Below, in pieces: positions 23,745-36,765 of a stretch of DNA of 64,000 nt. Within the stretch, counting starts at the first letter, position 1. Each line of letters begins with the position of its first letter. The notes beneath the pieces were generated by a model, which did no database searches, was not told the DNA's origin, and saw only the letters and a list, made by a program, of their open reading frames with translations. Source of the DNA: an uncultured delta proteobacterium. GTDB taxonomy: Bacteria > Desulfobacterota > Binatia > JACPRU01. A program made the position numbers and the translations under genes. The stretch spans positions 214,736-278,735 of the forward strand of contig CAVUWD010000002.1 of NCBI GenBank assembly GCA_963745025.1, written 5' to 3'.

Positions 23745-24441
23745 GCTCGGCCTCTACCAGGGCTATCTGCTGCCCTCCCCCGAGGATGTGGCCGCGACCT
23801 TCGTTCGCGGCGCGCGCGATGGCTCGTTCCTGCTCGGTGTGGCGGTCAGTCTTCGCCGGATTCTCGTCGGCTACGGCATCTCGCTCGTGCTCGGCATCGG
23901 CATCGGCCTCGTGATCGGGCGCTTCAAGCTGCTGGAAGACACGGTCGGGTCGCTCATCTTCGGCCTGCAGACGATCCCGAGCATCTGCTGGCTGCCGTTC
24001 GCCATTCTTTGGTTCGGACTCTCCGAAAGCGCGATCCTCTTCGTGGTGGTGATGGGGGCTCTACTGTCGATCGTGATCGCCACCGACGATGGCGTGAAGA
24101 ACACGCCCCCGCTGCTGATCCGCGCCGGGCGGACCATGGGAATGCGCGGCGTGGCACTCTACACGCGCGTGGTCTTGCCGTCGGCGCTGCCGGCGATCGT
24201 GTCCGGCATGAAGCTCGGCTGGTCGTTCGCCTGGCGCTCGCTGATGGCAGGAGAGCTTCTCTTCGTGAGCGCCGGGCTCGGTCATTTGTTGACCGTCGGA
24301 CGGGACCTGAACGACATGAGCCTGGTGATCGCGGTGATGATCCTCATCGTGCTGGTAGGGCTCGTCGTCGATCGACTGGTGTTCGGCGCCGCCGAGCGCG
24401 CGATCCGCAGACGCTGGGGCCTCGTCGGCTCACAAGCATGA
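23641..24441 (+). CDS. SsuC/TauC-type ABC permease
   Basis: LPSP, QTIPSICW, EAA-like loop, AWRSLMAGE. Confidence 0.92.
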   Translation: MKSKKPSVGSWARSGSGRRIVFLLLLVSIWDAVFRLGLYQGYLLPSPEDVAATFVRGARDGSFLLGVAVSLRRILVGYGISLVLGIGIGLVIGRFKLLEDTVGSLIFGLQTIPSICWLPFAILWFGLSESAILFVVVMGALLSIVIATDDGVKNTPPLLIRAGRTMGMRGVALYTRVVLPSALPAIVSGMKLGWSFAWRSLMAGELLFVSAGLGHLLTVGRDLNDMSLVIAVMILIVLVGLVVDRLVFGAAERAIRRRWGLVGSQA

Positions 24442-24444
24442 GCG

Positions 24445-24582
24445 CTAGCTCGGCAGGATGTTGCATCCCCTTTGATCGCGCCCAACGGGCGCGATCCGTG
24501 GCGCACGCTCCTCGCCCGGCACGCCGCTTCGGCCGGAGATGGTTCGCGACCAACGGGAGCGATCTGTGACGCAGGTTTCCAG
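24445..24582 (-). repeat. Two inverted ~66-bp cassettes of family B (locus 2)
   Basis: Reverse complement of 24446-24511 differs from 15904-15969 at 2 positions; 24531-24580 matches the second unit; CTAG at 24445 and CCAG at 24579. Confidence 0.9.
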
Positions 24583-25561
24583 GACAACGCGGAACGTGTG
24601 GATGCTCGCCGGTCTGTTGGCCCTCCTCTGGAGCGGGCCGGTCGGTGCCCGCGAGCGGGTGCGCATCGGGTATTTCCCGAATGTCACGCACGCGGTCGCG
24701 ATGGTCGGCCTCGAACAGGGCTTCTTCGCCAAGGCGTTGGGACCCGACGCGGCCATCGAGGCCAAGGTCTTCAACGCCGGTCCCGCCGAGATCGAGGCGC
24801 TCTTCGCGGGCGAGATCGATCTCGGGTACGTCGGTCCCGGTCCCGCGATCACCGGGTTCGTGCGCTCGAAGGGTCGGGCGCTGCGGATCGTCGCGGGCTC
24901 CGCGATGGGCGGGGCTTCGCTGATCGTGCGCGCAGACGCCGGAATCCAGAGCGCGAAGGACCTCTCCGGAAAGAAGCTCGCCTCTCCGCAAATCGGCAAC
25001 ACGCAGGACGTGGCGCTCAGGACATTTCTGCGCGAGGCGGGTCTGAAGACCGCGGACCGCGGGGGCACCGTGACGGTCCTGCCCGTCGCCAATCCGGACG
25101 CGCTCAGCCTCTTCGCGAGGAAAGAGCTCGACGGGGCCTGGGTGCCCGAGCCTTGGGCGTCGGTTCTCCGGCTCCAGGCCGGGGGAAAAGAGCTCGTCGA
25201 CGAGCGCAGCTTGTGGCCCAAGTGGAAGTTTCCGACGACGGTCGTCGTAGTCTCGTCGCGGTTTCTCGCCGACCATCGAAGCCTGGTCTCGCGGTGGCTC
25301 GACGGCCAGCACGAAGCCGTTCGTTGGCTAAACGAGCATCCTTCGGAAGCTCAGGCCGTCGTCAATCGCGCGATCCGAACGTTCACCACGCGCGAGATGC
25401 CGGCGCAGGTTCTGAGCGAATCGTGGCGACGGCTGTCGTTCTCGGACGAGCTCTTGCAGGATGCGTTTGGGAAGCTTGCGAAGGACGCCGAAGCGCTCGG
25501 CTACCTGCCGACGAGCGACATCTCCGGAATCTTCGAGCCCGGCCTCTCCGGGTCTCAGTGA
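24566..25561 (+). CDS. Aliphatic sulfonate-family ABC substrate-binding protein
   Basis: RIGYFPNVTHA, FNAGP, ASPQIGNTQD, WVPEPW; signal peptide; GTG at 24566 preceded by GGGAG (alternative ATG at 24602). Confidence 0.9.
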   Translation: MTQVSRTTRNVWMLAGLLALLWSGPVGARERVRIGYFPNVTHAVAMVGLEQGFFAKALGPDAAIEAKVFNAGPAEIEALFAGEIDLGYVGPGPAITGFVRSKGRALRIVAGSAMGGASLIVRADAGIQSAKDLSGKKLASPQIGNTQDVALRTFLREAGLKTADRGGTVTVLPVANPDALSLFARKELDGAWVPEPWASVLRLQAGGKELVDERSLWPKWKFPTTVVVVSSRFLADHRSLVSRWLDGQHEAVRWLNEHPSEAQAVVNRAIRTFTTREMPAQVLSESWRRLSFSDELLQDAFGKLAKDAEALGYLPTSDISGIFEPGLSGSQ

Positions 25562-25716
25562 CCGTCGACGACTTTCCGGACCGAGGCGCGCTCGGCTTCG
25601 AGCGTGGCGATGTCGGCCTTGCGGCGCTCGATGTCCGCCTTCACTTCGCCGCGGTTCTCCGCGAAGAGCGGATCGCGATGCGCGAGGATGATGACGCGAG
25701 TGAGCTCGGCTCGCAT
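25555..25716 (-). CDS. Small hypothetical coiled-coil protein (53 aa) or relic
   Basis: ATG at 25716, GC-biased codons, heptad-like KADIERRKADIATLEAER. Confidence 0.35.
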   Translation of the reverse strand: MRAELTRVIILAHRDPLFAENRGEVKADIERRKADIATLEAERASVRKVVDGH

Positions 25717-25889
25717 GGGCGAACGTCGTCGCTTCGGGGCAGGTTCACGTCGCCGCGTAACTTGTGGCAGAAGCGTTCCGTCGCGGATTCGTGGCTTCGT
25801 TGACCGCTTCTGGCGCGTTCCTGTAGGAGACAAGCGAGAAGGCATGCCCGTCATCCGCGGCTGCGGCGGATGAGCCGGCCGAGGCGTGA

Positions 25890-26651
25890 ATGCTACTGGC
25901 GATCGACGTGGGCAACACCAATACGGTGCTTGGGGTCTACCGCGCCGAGACGCTCATGCGTCACTGGCGCATCCAGACCGAAGCCGAACGCACCGTCGAC
26001 GAATACGGCGTGCTCCTGCGGGGGCTGTTCGGTGCCTCGGCGATCGATCCCGCAATCGACGGTGCGATCATCTCCTGTGTCGTACCGCCGATGCAGAAGA
26101 CCGTGGAGGCCGTCTCGCGGGAATACTTACGGGTCGAACCGATGACGGTCGGACCCGGGACCAAGACGGGCATGCCGATTCTCTACGACAACCCGAAAGA
26201 AGTTGGGGCAGACCGCATCGTCAACGCGGTGGCCGCATACGAGCGCACGCACGATACTACGATCGTGGTCGATTTCGGCACGGCGACGACCTTCGACTAC
26301 ATCTCATCCAAGGGCGAGTACGTCGGCGGGGTGATCACGCCGGGGCCCGGCATCTCGCTCGAGGCGCTCTACCAGCGAGCCGCGAAGCTCTATCGCGTCG
26401 AGATGGCAAAGCCTCCGAGGGTCGTCGGCCGCAACACGGTCCACGCCATCCAGTCGGGCATCATCTACGGTTACGTGGCGATGGTGGACGGCCTCGTTCG
26501 CCGGATTCAGAAGGAGAATGGCGTCACGGCGCGGGTCTTCGCCACCGGTGGATTTGCGGAGCTGTTGGCACCGGAGTCGGAGACGATCGAGAAGGTCGAT
26601 GAGTTTCTCACGCTGGACGGGCTGCGTATTCTGTATGAACGAAATCGATGA
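25890..26651 (+). CDS. coaX: Type III pantothenate kinase
   Basis: [24 protein letters not shown]. Confidence 0.96.
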   Translation: MLLAIDVGNTNTVLGVYRAETLMRHWRIQTEAERTVDEYGVLLRGLFGASAIDPAIDGAIISCVVPPMQKTVEAVSREYLRVEPMTVGPGTKTGMPILYDNPKEVGADRIVNAVAAYERTHDTTIVVDFGTATTFDYISSKGEYVGGVITPGPGISLEALYQRAAKLYRVEMAKPPRVVGRNTVHAIQSGIIYGYVAMVDGLVRRIQKENGVTARVFATGGFAELLAPESETIEKVDEFLTLDGLRILYERNR

Positions 26652-26652
26652 T

Positions 26653-26712
26653 CGGCTACCGACTACCGGAAGGGCAACGTGAACTCCTTGCCGGTAGCCG
26701 GTAGCCGGTAGC
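26653..26712. repeat. Heptamer-arm palindromic element (family A, copy 2)
   Basis: cggctac cgactac c - spacer - (ccggtag)x3, between coaX and the EF-G gene. Confidence 0.85.
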
Positions 26713-26727
26713 GGGGGAGAAGACCGG

Positions 26728-28800
26728 ATGCCGATTGAAGACGTATCGAAGATCCGCAACGTCGCCATGCTCGGACAGGGCGGGGTGGGCAAGACCTCGC
26801 TCGCCGACGCACTGCTGTTCGCCGCCGGCAAAGTGAACCGGCTCGGACGGGTGGACGACGGCTCCTCGTTCTTCGATTTCGAGCCCGAGGAGATCCGTCA
26901 CAAGGTGAGCATCTCCGCGTCGCTTCACCATCTGCAGTGGAAGAAGCATGAAGTCACCATCGTCGACACGCCGGGATATGCCAACTTCCTCAGCGAGAGT
27001 CGGCAGGCGATGCGTGCCGTCGATGGAGCCGTGGTGGTGCTTTCCCCGAGCGGCCAGGTCAAGGTCGAGCTACAGCGGCTCTGGGCCTGGGCGCAGGAAG
27101 AGGGGCTCGGCTGCGTCGGCTTCGTCACCCATCTGGATCGCGAGGCGGTCGATCTCGAGAATGCGTTGGAGCAGACGAGCAAGGCGCTGCAGATTCCGGT
27201 CGTGGCGCTGTCGCTACCCATTGTTGGAGAAGAGGCCGAGCTGCGAGGCCACGTCGATTTGCTCCGCGAGCGTGCGGTGCTGTTCACCGGCGAGACTGGG
27301 CAATCGAGGGAGGAAGCGATTCCGGCGGTGCTCGCGGAACGCGCGAAGCAACTGCGCGACCGGCTCGTCGAAACCGTCGCGGAGGCGAGTGACGAGCTCC
27401 TCGAGAAGTATCTCGAAAACGGCTCGCTCGCGCCCGAAGAGATCCAGACCGGGCTTCGAGCGGGCGTCATTGCGCGCCGGTTCCTGCCGGTGCTCTGCGG
27501 CTCTTCGACGCGGATGATCGGCGTCCACGGGCTTCTCGACGCGATTGTCGATTGCCTCGGGTCTCCGCTCGACGCCGGCGCGGCGCGAGGCGCGAACCCG
27601 AAAACCGGCGACGAGCTCGAGCGCCCGCCCGACGCCGGCGCGCCGATGTCGGCGTTCGTGTTCAAGACCGTGATCGATCCCTTTGCGGGCAAGCTCTCGA
27701 TCTTTCGCGTCGAGTCCGGCCGCCTCAAGGCCGATTCAACCGCTCTCAACGCCATACGCGACACAAAGGAGCGGATCGGTCATCTGCTGAAGATCGAAGG
27801 CAAGAAGCAGGAGCCGGTCACGGAAGTGGTCGCGGGCGAAATCGCGGCGGCGACGAAGCTCAGGGATACGCTGTCCGGCGACACGCTCTGCGACGAGCGC
27901 GATCCGATCGCGTACCCGGCGCTTCCCGACGCGTCGCCGTCGATCTCGTTCGCGATCGAGCCGAAGACCAAGGCCGACGAGGAGAAGGCCAACCAGGGGT
28001 TGCACCGCCTTCTCGAGGAAGATCTGGCGTTGCGCGTGCATCGCGATGCGCAGACCCGCGAGATCATCTTGTCGGGAGCCGGCCAGCAGCACGTCGAGAT
28101 CGTGGTCGAGCGACTCAAGCGCAAGTTCGGTGTCGAGGTCGAGCTGAAGGCGCCGAAGGTTCCCTACCGCGAGACCATCAAGGGCAAAGCCAACTCCCAG
28201 GGCAAGTACAAGAAGCAGTCCGGCGGGCGCGGACAGTACGGCGACTGCTGGCTGGACGTAGAGCCGCTTCCGCGCGGCAAAGGTTTCGAGTTCGTCGACA
28301 AGATCGTCGGCGGAGCGATCCCGCGAAACTACATTCCGGCTGTCGAGAAAGGGGTGCGCGAGGCGATGCAGGAGGGGCACGTCGCCGGTTATCCGATGCA
28401 GGACGTGCGGGTCACGCTCTACGACGGTTCGTTCCACACCGTCGACTCGTCGGAGATGGCGTTCAAGATCGCCGGCTCCCTGGGATTCAAGGCCGCCGTG
28501 GAAAAGGCCAAGCCCATCCTGCTCGAGCCGATGATGAAGCTCGAGATCACGACGCCGGACGAGACCATGGGCGACGTGATCGGCGACCTGAACAGCCGGC
28601 GGGGAAAGGTCTCGCAGGTCGAGGCGAGATCCGGCGAGGAGGTGATCCACGCCGTGGTGCCGATGACAGAAGTGCTGCGTTACGCTTCGGATCTACGCAG
28701 CATGACGAGCGGTCGCGGCGCGTTCGCGATGGAATTCTCCCATTACGAGGAAGTGCCCGCGCACCTCGCCCAGAAGATCGTCGACGCCGCCAAGGGCTGA
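26728..28800 (+). CDS. fusA: Elongation factor G, divergent EF-G2-type paralog
   Basis: Full five-domain EF-G (KQSGGRGQYG, DGSFHTVDSSEMAF, LLEP) with non-canonical G motifs GQGGVGKT, DTPGY, THLD. Confidence 0.9.
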   Translation: MPIEDVSKIRNVAMLGQGGVGKTSLADALLFAAGKVNRLGRVDDGSSFFDFEPEEIRHKVSISASLHHLQWKKHEVTIVDTPGYANFLSESRQAMRAVDGAVVVLSPSGQVKVELQRLWAWAQEEGLGCVGFVTHLDREAVDLENALEQTSKALQIPVVALSLPIVGEEAELRGHVDLLRERAVLFTGETGQSREEAIPAVLAERAKQLRDRLVETVAEASDELLEKYLENGSLAPEEIQTGLRAGVIARRFLPVLCGSSTRMIGVHGLLDAIVDCLGSPLDAGAARGANPKTGDELERPPDAGAPMSAFVFKTVIDPFAGKLSIFRVESGRLKADSTALNAIRDTKERIGHLLKIEGKKQEPVTEVVAGEIAAATKLRDTLSGDTLCDERDPIAYPALPDASPSISFAIEPKTKADEEKANQGLHRLLEEDLALRVHRDAQTREIILSGAGQQHVEIVVERLKRKFGVEVELKAPKVPYRETIKGKANSQGKYKKQSGGRGQYGDCWLDVEPLPRGKGFEFVDKIVGGAIPRNYIPAVEKGVREAMQEGHVAGYPMQDVRVTLYDGSFHTVDSSEMAFKIAGSLGFKAAVEKAKPILLEPMMKLEITTPDETMGDVIGDLNSRRGKVSQVEARSGEEVIHAVVPMTEVLRYASDLRSMTSGRGAFAMEFSHYEEVPAHLAQKIVDAAKG

Positions 28801-28838
28801 GCGAATCACCGGACCGCCAAGACCCGGTCAAACGTTCG

Positions 28839-29375
28839 ATGCCGGATCCCAAGAGTCCCGACGACGGGGCGGAAGCGATCGCGGTGGCCGAACAGGTCGT
28901 TGCCGGCACCGACTCGATTTCGGTCCCCAGAGATCTCGTCGACGAGCCGCCCGCGCCCGTCCCCGAAAAGGCGTTGTGGGCGAGGATCCGGACGATGACC
29001 GTTGCGGAGAAGGTGAAGCTCGCGCTCAAGGGAAACAAAGACGCGCGGGCCATTCTGCTTCGCGACACGAACAAGATCATTCCCCGCCTCGTGCTGCAGA
29101 ACCCGCGCATCTCCGAAGATGAGATCCTCATGCTCTCCAAGGATCGCAACACCGACGACGAGGTCCTCCGGATGATCGCCGACAGCCGGGAATGGACGAA
29201 GATTTACGCCGTGCGCGCCGCGCTGGTGGAGAACGCGCGAACTCCGGTGGGCAAAGCGCTGAAGCTCCTCGTGACGCTCGCCGAGCGCGAGATCTCCCGC
29301 CTCGCAAGGAGCAAGAACGTGCCGAACGTCATCGCCATACAGGCGCGCCGGATCTTGTTTCGCGCGCGGCAGTGA
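28839..29375 (+). CDS. Conserved hypothetical helical-repeat protein
   Basis: MTVAEKVKLALKGNKDARAILLRD...VLQNPRI...LVENARTP, a pattern recalled from deltaproteobacterial genomes. Confidence 0.75.
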   Translation: MPDPKSPDDGAEAIAVAEQVVAGTDSISVPRDLVDEPPAPVPEKALWARIRTMTVAEKVKLALKGNKDARAILLRDTNKIIPRLVLQNPRISEDEILMLSKDRNTDDEVLRMIADSREWTKIYAVRAALVENARTPVGKALKLLVTLAEREISRLARSKNVPNVIAIQARRILFRARQ

Positions 29376-29434
29376 TAGCGCTCATCTCACGAGCGCGCGT
29401 GTAGTCGGTGGCAGCCCGGGAGACTCGAAATCGC

Positions 29435-29670
29435 TCATTTCCGCAGCCCGTAACACGGATCCTTCGCCAGAGCGTGGTGCGGCCGACGCCGAGAAATCTT
29501 CGCCACCGTGCCCAGGTCGGCCTTCGTCTCGAGCAGCCGCTGGATCTGGTGGCGCTCGAGGTCCGCGAGCGAGATCTCACCGAGGTCGCCGGAGGCACCG
29601 TTGCCGCGCGGCGTCGAGCGGAGAAACACGGGCAAGTCCGCCTCTAGAACGGCGTCGCCGTCCCTGACTT
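29435..29670 (-). pseudogene. Relic of the C-terminal Fis-type HTH of a sigma-54 activator
   Basis: DLPVFL...SLADLERHQIQRLL...AKI/LGVGRTTLWRRI/YGL* broken by two frameshifts; no AAA+ domain upstream. Confidence 0.7.
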
Positions 29671-29856
29671 CCGAAGCTACGCCAGTGTCGCGTGCGACGG
29701 GGCTTCCCTCCGCTGCGCGTATATGAGAGGCGGCCTCCCGCCGGCGCCAGCGAAGCGGGCTCTTGTCTTTCCTGCCGGGTTCGGCGGCGGGTAGTTGCGG
29801 CTCGCGGTGCGGAACGCTACAAACGCGCGTTGCTCTAGCTGAGAGGAGAATCGCGC

Positions 29857-31098
<1,242 letters not shown>

Positions 31099-31101
31099 AG
31101 A

Positions 31102-32126
<1,025 letters not shown>

Positions 32127-32190
32127 CGGCTTGCGGCATCACGCAGCCTGGTCTTCGCGGTAGCCGGTAGTCGGTAGCCGCTGACCGGAG
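32127..32190. repeat. Degenerate heptamer-arm element (family A, copy 4; right arm intact)
   Basis: ...gcggtag ccggtag tcggtag ccgctga ccggaga, between mdh and sucC. Confidence 0.7.
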
Positions 32191-32200
32191 AGAGCGCGAC

Positions 32201-33367
<1,167 letters not shown>

Positions 33368-33371
<4 letters not shown>

Positions 33372-34243
33372 GCATCCTGGTCGACAAGCATACGAGAGTT
33401 CTCACCCAGGGCATCACCGGCTCGACCGGGCAATTCCACACCCGGGCGTGCAAGGAGTACGGCACGCAGATGGTGGCGGGCGTCACGCCGGGCAAGGGCG
33501 GCAGCGACTTCGAGGGAATCCCGATCTTCGACACCGTCGCCGAGGCCGTGAAGAAGACCGGCGCCAACGCTTCGGTCATCTACGTGCCGCCGCCCTTCGC
33601 TGCCGACGCGATCCTCGAGGCGGTCGACGCGGGGGTGGATCTCGTCGTCTGCATCACCGAGGGCATTCCGGTCGCCGACATGGTACGCGTGAAGCGGGTG
33701 ATGGGAGAAACCAAGGTGCGCCTCATCGGTCCGAACTGCCCGGGCGTGATCACGCCGGGCGAGTGCAAGATCGGCATCATGCCGGGCTACATCCACAAAA
33801 CGGGATCGATCGGCGTGGTGTCGCGGAGCGGGACGCTCACCTACGAGGCCGTTCATCAGCTCACCGAGCTCGGCCTCGGACAATCGACCTGCGTCGGCAT
33901 CGGCGGCGACCCGGTCAAGGGGATGGAATTCGTCGACGTGCTGCGCCTCTTCCAGGACGATCCAGAGACCGAGGGCATCATCCTGATCGGCGAGATCGGC
34001 GGCAGCGCCGAGGAGCAGGCGGCCCAGTTCGTCAAGCAGCACGTAAAGAAGCCGGTGGCCGGATTCATCGGTGGGCAGACCGCACCCAAGGGCAAGCGCA
34101 TGGGCCACGCCGGCGCGATCATCTCGGGCGGCCAGGGGACGGCGGCCGACAAGATCAAAGCCTTCGAGGCGGCGGGAATTCGCGTCGCCAAGAGCCCGGC
34201 CGAGCTCGGCACGACGATGAAGGCCGCATTAAAGGGCGCCTGA
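33368..34243 (+). CDS. sucD: Succinyl-CoA synthetase alpha subunit
   Basis: [34 protein letters not shown]. Confidence 0.97.
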
Positions 34244-34246
34244 ACC

Positions 34247-34669
34247 ATGGAACGGACTCTCTCGATCATCAAGCCCGACGCGGTGGCCAAGAACCAGATC
34301 GGCGCGATCGTGACGATGCTGGAACGCGCCGGACTGCGTGTCGCGGCGGCTCGATTTCTCCGCCTCTCGAAGCGCGACGCCGAGCGCTTCTACGCCGTTC
34401 ATCACGAGCGCCCGTTCTTCCAGAGCCTGACGACGTTCATGTCCGAAGGACCGATCTTGGTCATGGCGCTCGAAGGTGCGAGCGCGATCACCAAGAACCG
34501 CGAGGTAATGGGCGCGACGGATCCGGCGAAGGCGACACCGGGAACCATCCGCAAGGCCTTCGGCACGAACGTCGAGCGCAACGCCGTTCACGGCTCCGAC
34601 GGGGCGGAGACGGCACGGCAAGAGATCGCGTTCTTCTTCGGCGACCTCGAGATTCCCGTTCGCGACTGA
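34247..34669 (+). CDS. ndk: Nucleoside diphosphate kinase
   Basis: [23 protein letters not shown]. Confidence 0.97.
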   Translation: MERTLSIIKPDAVAKNQIGAIVTMLERAGLRVAAARFLRLSKRDAERFYAVHHERPFFQSLTTFMSEGPILVMALEGASAITKNREVMGATDPAKATPGTIRKAFGTNVERNAVHGSDGAETARQEIAFFFGDLEIPVRD

Positions 34670-34777
34670 CGGCGACGCGCGGGACGGCTGAAACGTCGCG
34701 TTTCGCCGTCGACGCCCTTCCGTCTTGTGGTACTGCGTACGCGAAGCCTATCGTCGAACGATCGAAAGGAGGCGGGG

Positions 34778-35035
34778 ATGTCCGAGGACGAAATACGTAA
34801 GGAGCTCGAACGGCTGCAGGCCGAGAACGAGCGTCTCAAGGAGCAGCGAACGAAGGCTGGGGGGGTCTCGTTTCGCGTGTCCGAGAAGGGAGCGGTTTCC
34901 GTCTACGGTCTCGGGCGCTTTCCGGTGACGCTTTACCAGGAGCAGTGGGACAAGCTTCTCGGCCACGTCGAGGAGCTTCGGCAGTTTATCGAGGAGAATC
35001 GAGCGAGACTGAAGAAGAAAGAGACGGCGTCGTGA
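34778..35035 (+). CDS. Small conserved hypothetical protein
   Basis: GGAGG RBS; N-terminal coiled coil, then RVSEKGAVSVYGLGRFPVTLY. Confidence 0.8.
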   Translation: MSEDEIRKELERLQAENERLKEQRTKAGGVSFRVSEKGAVSVYGLGRFPVTLYQEQWDKLLGHVEELRQFIEENRARLKKKETAS

Positions 35036-35078
35036 CGCCGGCCAAGGACGGTGATCTTCCGCTTACAAGCGTCCACCC

Positions 35079-35360
35079 ATGTACGAGCGTGTCCTTCGTC
35101 GCATGCGCCAGAGCGTGGGTGCGCTGACATATCTCGTGACCACCCACGCGCAGGAGGAGATGGAGGACGACGGTCTTACCATCTTGGACGTCGAGCACGT
35201 CGTCCTCACGGGCAGAATCGTCGAACGCCAGCGTGATCGGCGTACCGCTCAGTTCAAGTACGTAGTCTCGGGCCAGACCGAGGCAAAAGAGAACGTCGAG
35301 GTCATCGGGCGATTGAGCCTCCTCGGGAAGTTGATTATCCTGACGGTCTACCGTGCGTAA
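35079..35360 (+). CDS. DUF4258 putative type II toxin (RelE-like)
   Basis: TTHAQEEMEDD...VLTGRIVERQ...LIILTVY. Confidence 0.8.
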   Translation: MYERVLRRMRQSVGALTYLVTTHAQEEMEDDGLTILDVEHVVLTGRIVERQRDRRTAQFKYVVSGQTEAKENVEVIGRLSLLGKLIILTVYRA

Positions 35361-35601
35361 AGAACGACCATCGGTGTGTGACGTCTGCGGTCGGAAGGCG
35401 GCCCGAATCCAGCGGGTTACTCGCAGCTACGGCCAGGGCCGAGATCTCCTTGTCGTCGAAGGTGTCCCCGTAGTGCGCTGTTCCGCGTGCGGCGAAAGTT
35501 ACTTCACGGCGGCAACGCTCCATGCGCTCCACCGCATCAAGGCCCGGCGTCAGGCCGCGTCAAAGCGCGCGGTGCCCGTTGCGCGGTTCGCGGCCGCGTA
35601 G
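35353..35601 (+). CDS. YgiT/MqsA-type zinc-finger antitoxin
   Basis: CDVCG...VEGVPVVRCSACGESYF; overlaps the toxin stop. Confidence 0.85.
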   Translation: MRKERPSVCDVCGRKAARIQRVTRSYGQGRDLLVVEGVPVVRCSACGESYFTAATLHALHRIKARRQAASKRAVPVARFAAA

Positions 35602-35895
35602 CTAACAGAGAAACTCCCGTCGCGCGGACGGTCAAGGCCGTTCTGCAAGAAGTTCATCGGCCTCCGCGAGGACAGAGTCGAGATCGTAGCCCTTGAGGCT
35701 AATCGTGAAAACTGCCCACGCAATCACGACACGCGATTGAGCCCGATTCATCGAATCTCGGTGAGGTGGTGGAAGAGACACACTAGGCCTCCGAGCCGGG
35801 CTGATAAAGCACGCAAAGAAGCCCAAAGACAACGATGGAAACTAACGCCGTAAGGCCGACAAACCCTACGGTGAAGAGGAGCGCGCCGCGGCCGA

Positions 35896-36765
35896 TCACG
35901 GCAAAGATGCGAACGGCGCGGCGTTGACCATCTCGCCTGCCGTTTCCCATGCCGGAGCGAGCCGTCCGCAGGCGATTTGGTGGTCATGGTCGAAGGAGAC
36001 CCACCAACCCTCCCGCGCTGCGTGCTCGAGGAGGTATTTCTTGATCGTCATGGTTTCGAGTGGATCGAGATCGTAGGCCTGATTCCACGCCGGCTTCAGG
36101 TGCGCGCGACTCGGGGCGATGTCGCCGAGATGCACGAACGTCGCGCCGCCGGAGGCGAAGATCGGGCATTGATGGCTCGGCGTGTGCCCGCCGGTCACGA
36201 CGACCCGTAGCCGCGGGGTGAGCGAGCTCGGACCGTCGAGCACCTCGAGAAGCTTTTCCTCCTTGAGCGGATCCAGGCACTGCGGCGCGTGGTGGTACGC
36301 GGCTTTCGAGCGCTCGTCCGTCGGCCGCTCCGCCGTCTCGAGCTCGATCCGCTGGACGAAGTGTCGCGCACGCGGGAAGGCAGGCCGAAGGCGCCCCGAG
36401 TCGTCGCGCGTGACCACGCCACCGAGATGGTCGAAATGCAGGTGCGTGAGAATGACGTGAGTGACATCTTCGGGGGCGAGCCCGATCTCGCGCAGGCGGG
36501 CGATCAGTCCGCCGCGGCGATCGACCTTGTAGATCGCCTGCTCGCGCTCCGAGAGCCGCTCGCCGAGACCCGTGTCGACGAGAATCGCGTCTCGGCCGTC
36601 CACCGCAAGCGGGCAATGGAGGCTCATCGGAATGCGGTTTTCCGGGTCGGCGGGAACGAGCCTCGACCACAGCCGCTTCGGAACGACGCCGAACATCGTT
36701 CCGCCGTCCATGGCGAAGAAGCCGTCGTTCAGCAGGTGCACGCGAATCGATCCGACCTCGATCAT
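35896..36765 (-). CDS. MBL-fold hydrolase, YtnP/lactonase-like
   Basis: DGGTMFGVVPK, THLHFDH, GGHTPSH, YDLDP. Confidence 0.9.
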   Translation of the reverse strand: MIEVGSIRVHLLNDGFFAMDGGTMFGVVPKRLWSRLVPADPENRIPMSLHCPLAVDGRDAILVDTGLGERLSEREQAIYKVDRRGGLIARLREIGLAPEDVTHVILTHLHFDHLGGVVTRDDSGRLRPAFPRARHFVQRIELETAERPTDERSKAAYHHAPQCLDPLKEEKLLEVLDGPSSLTPRLRVVVTGGHTPSHQCPIFASGGATFVHLGDIAPSRAHLKPAWNQAYDLDPLETMTIKKYLLEHAAREGWWVSFDHDHQIACGRLAPAWETAGEMVNAAPFASLP

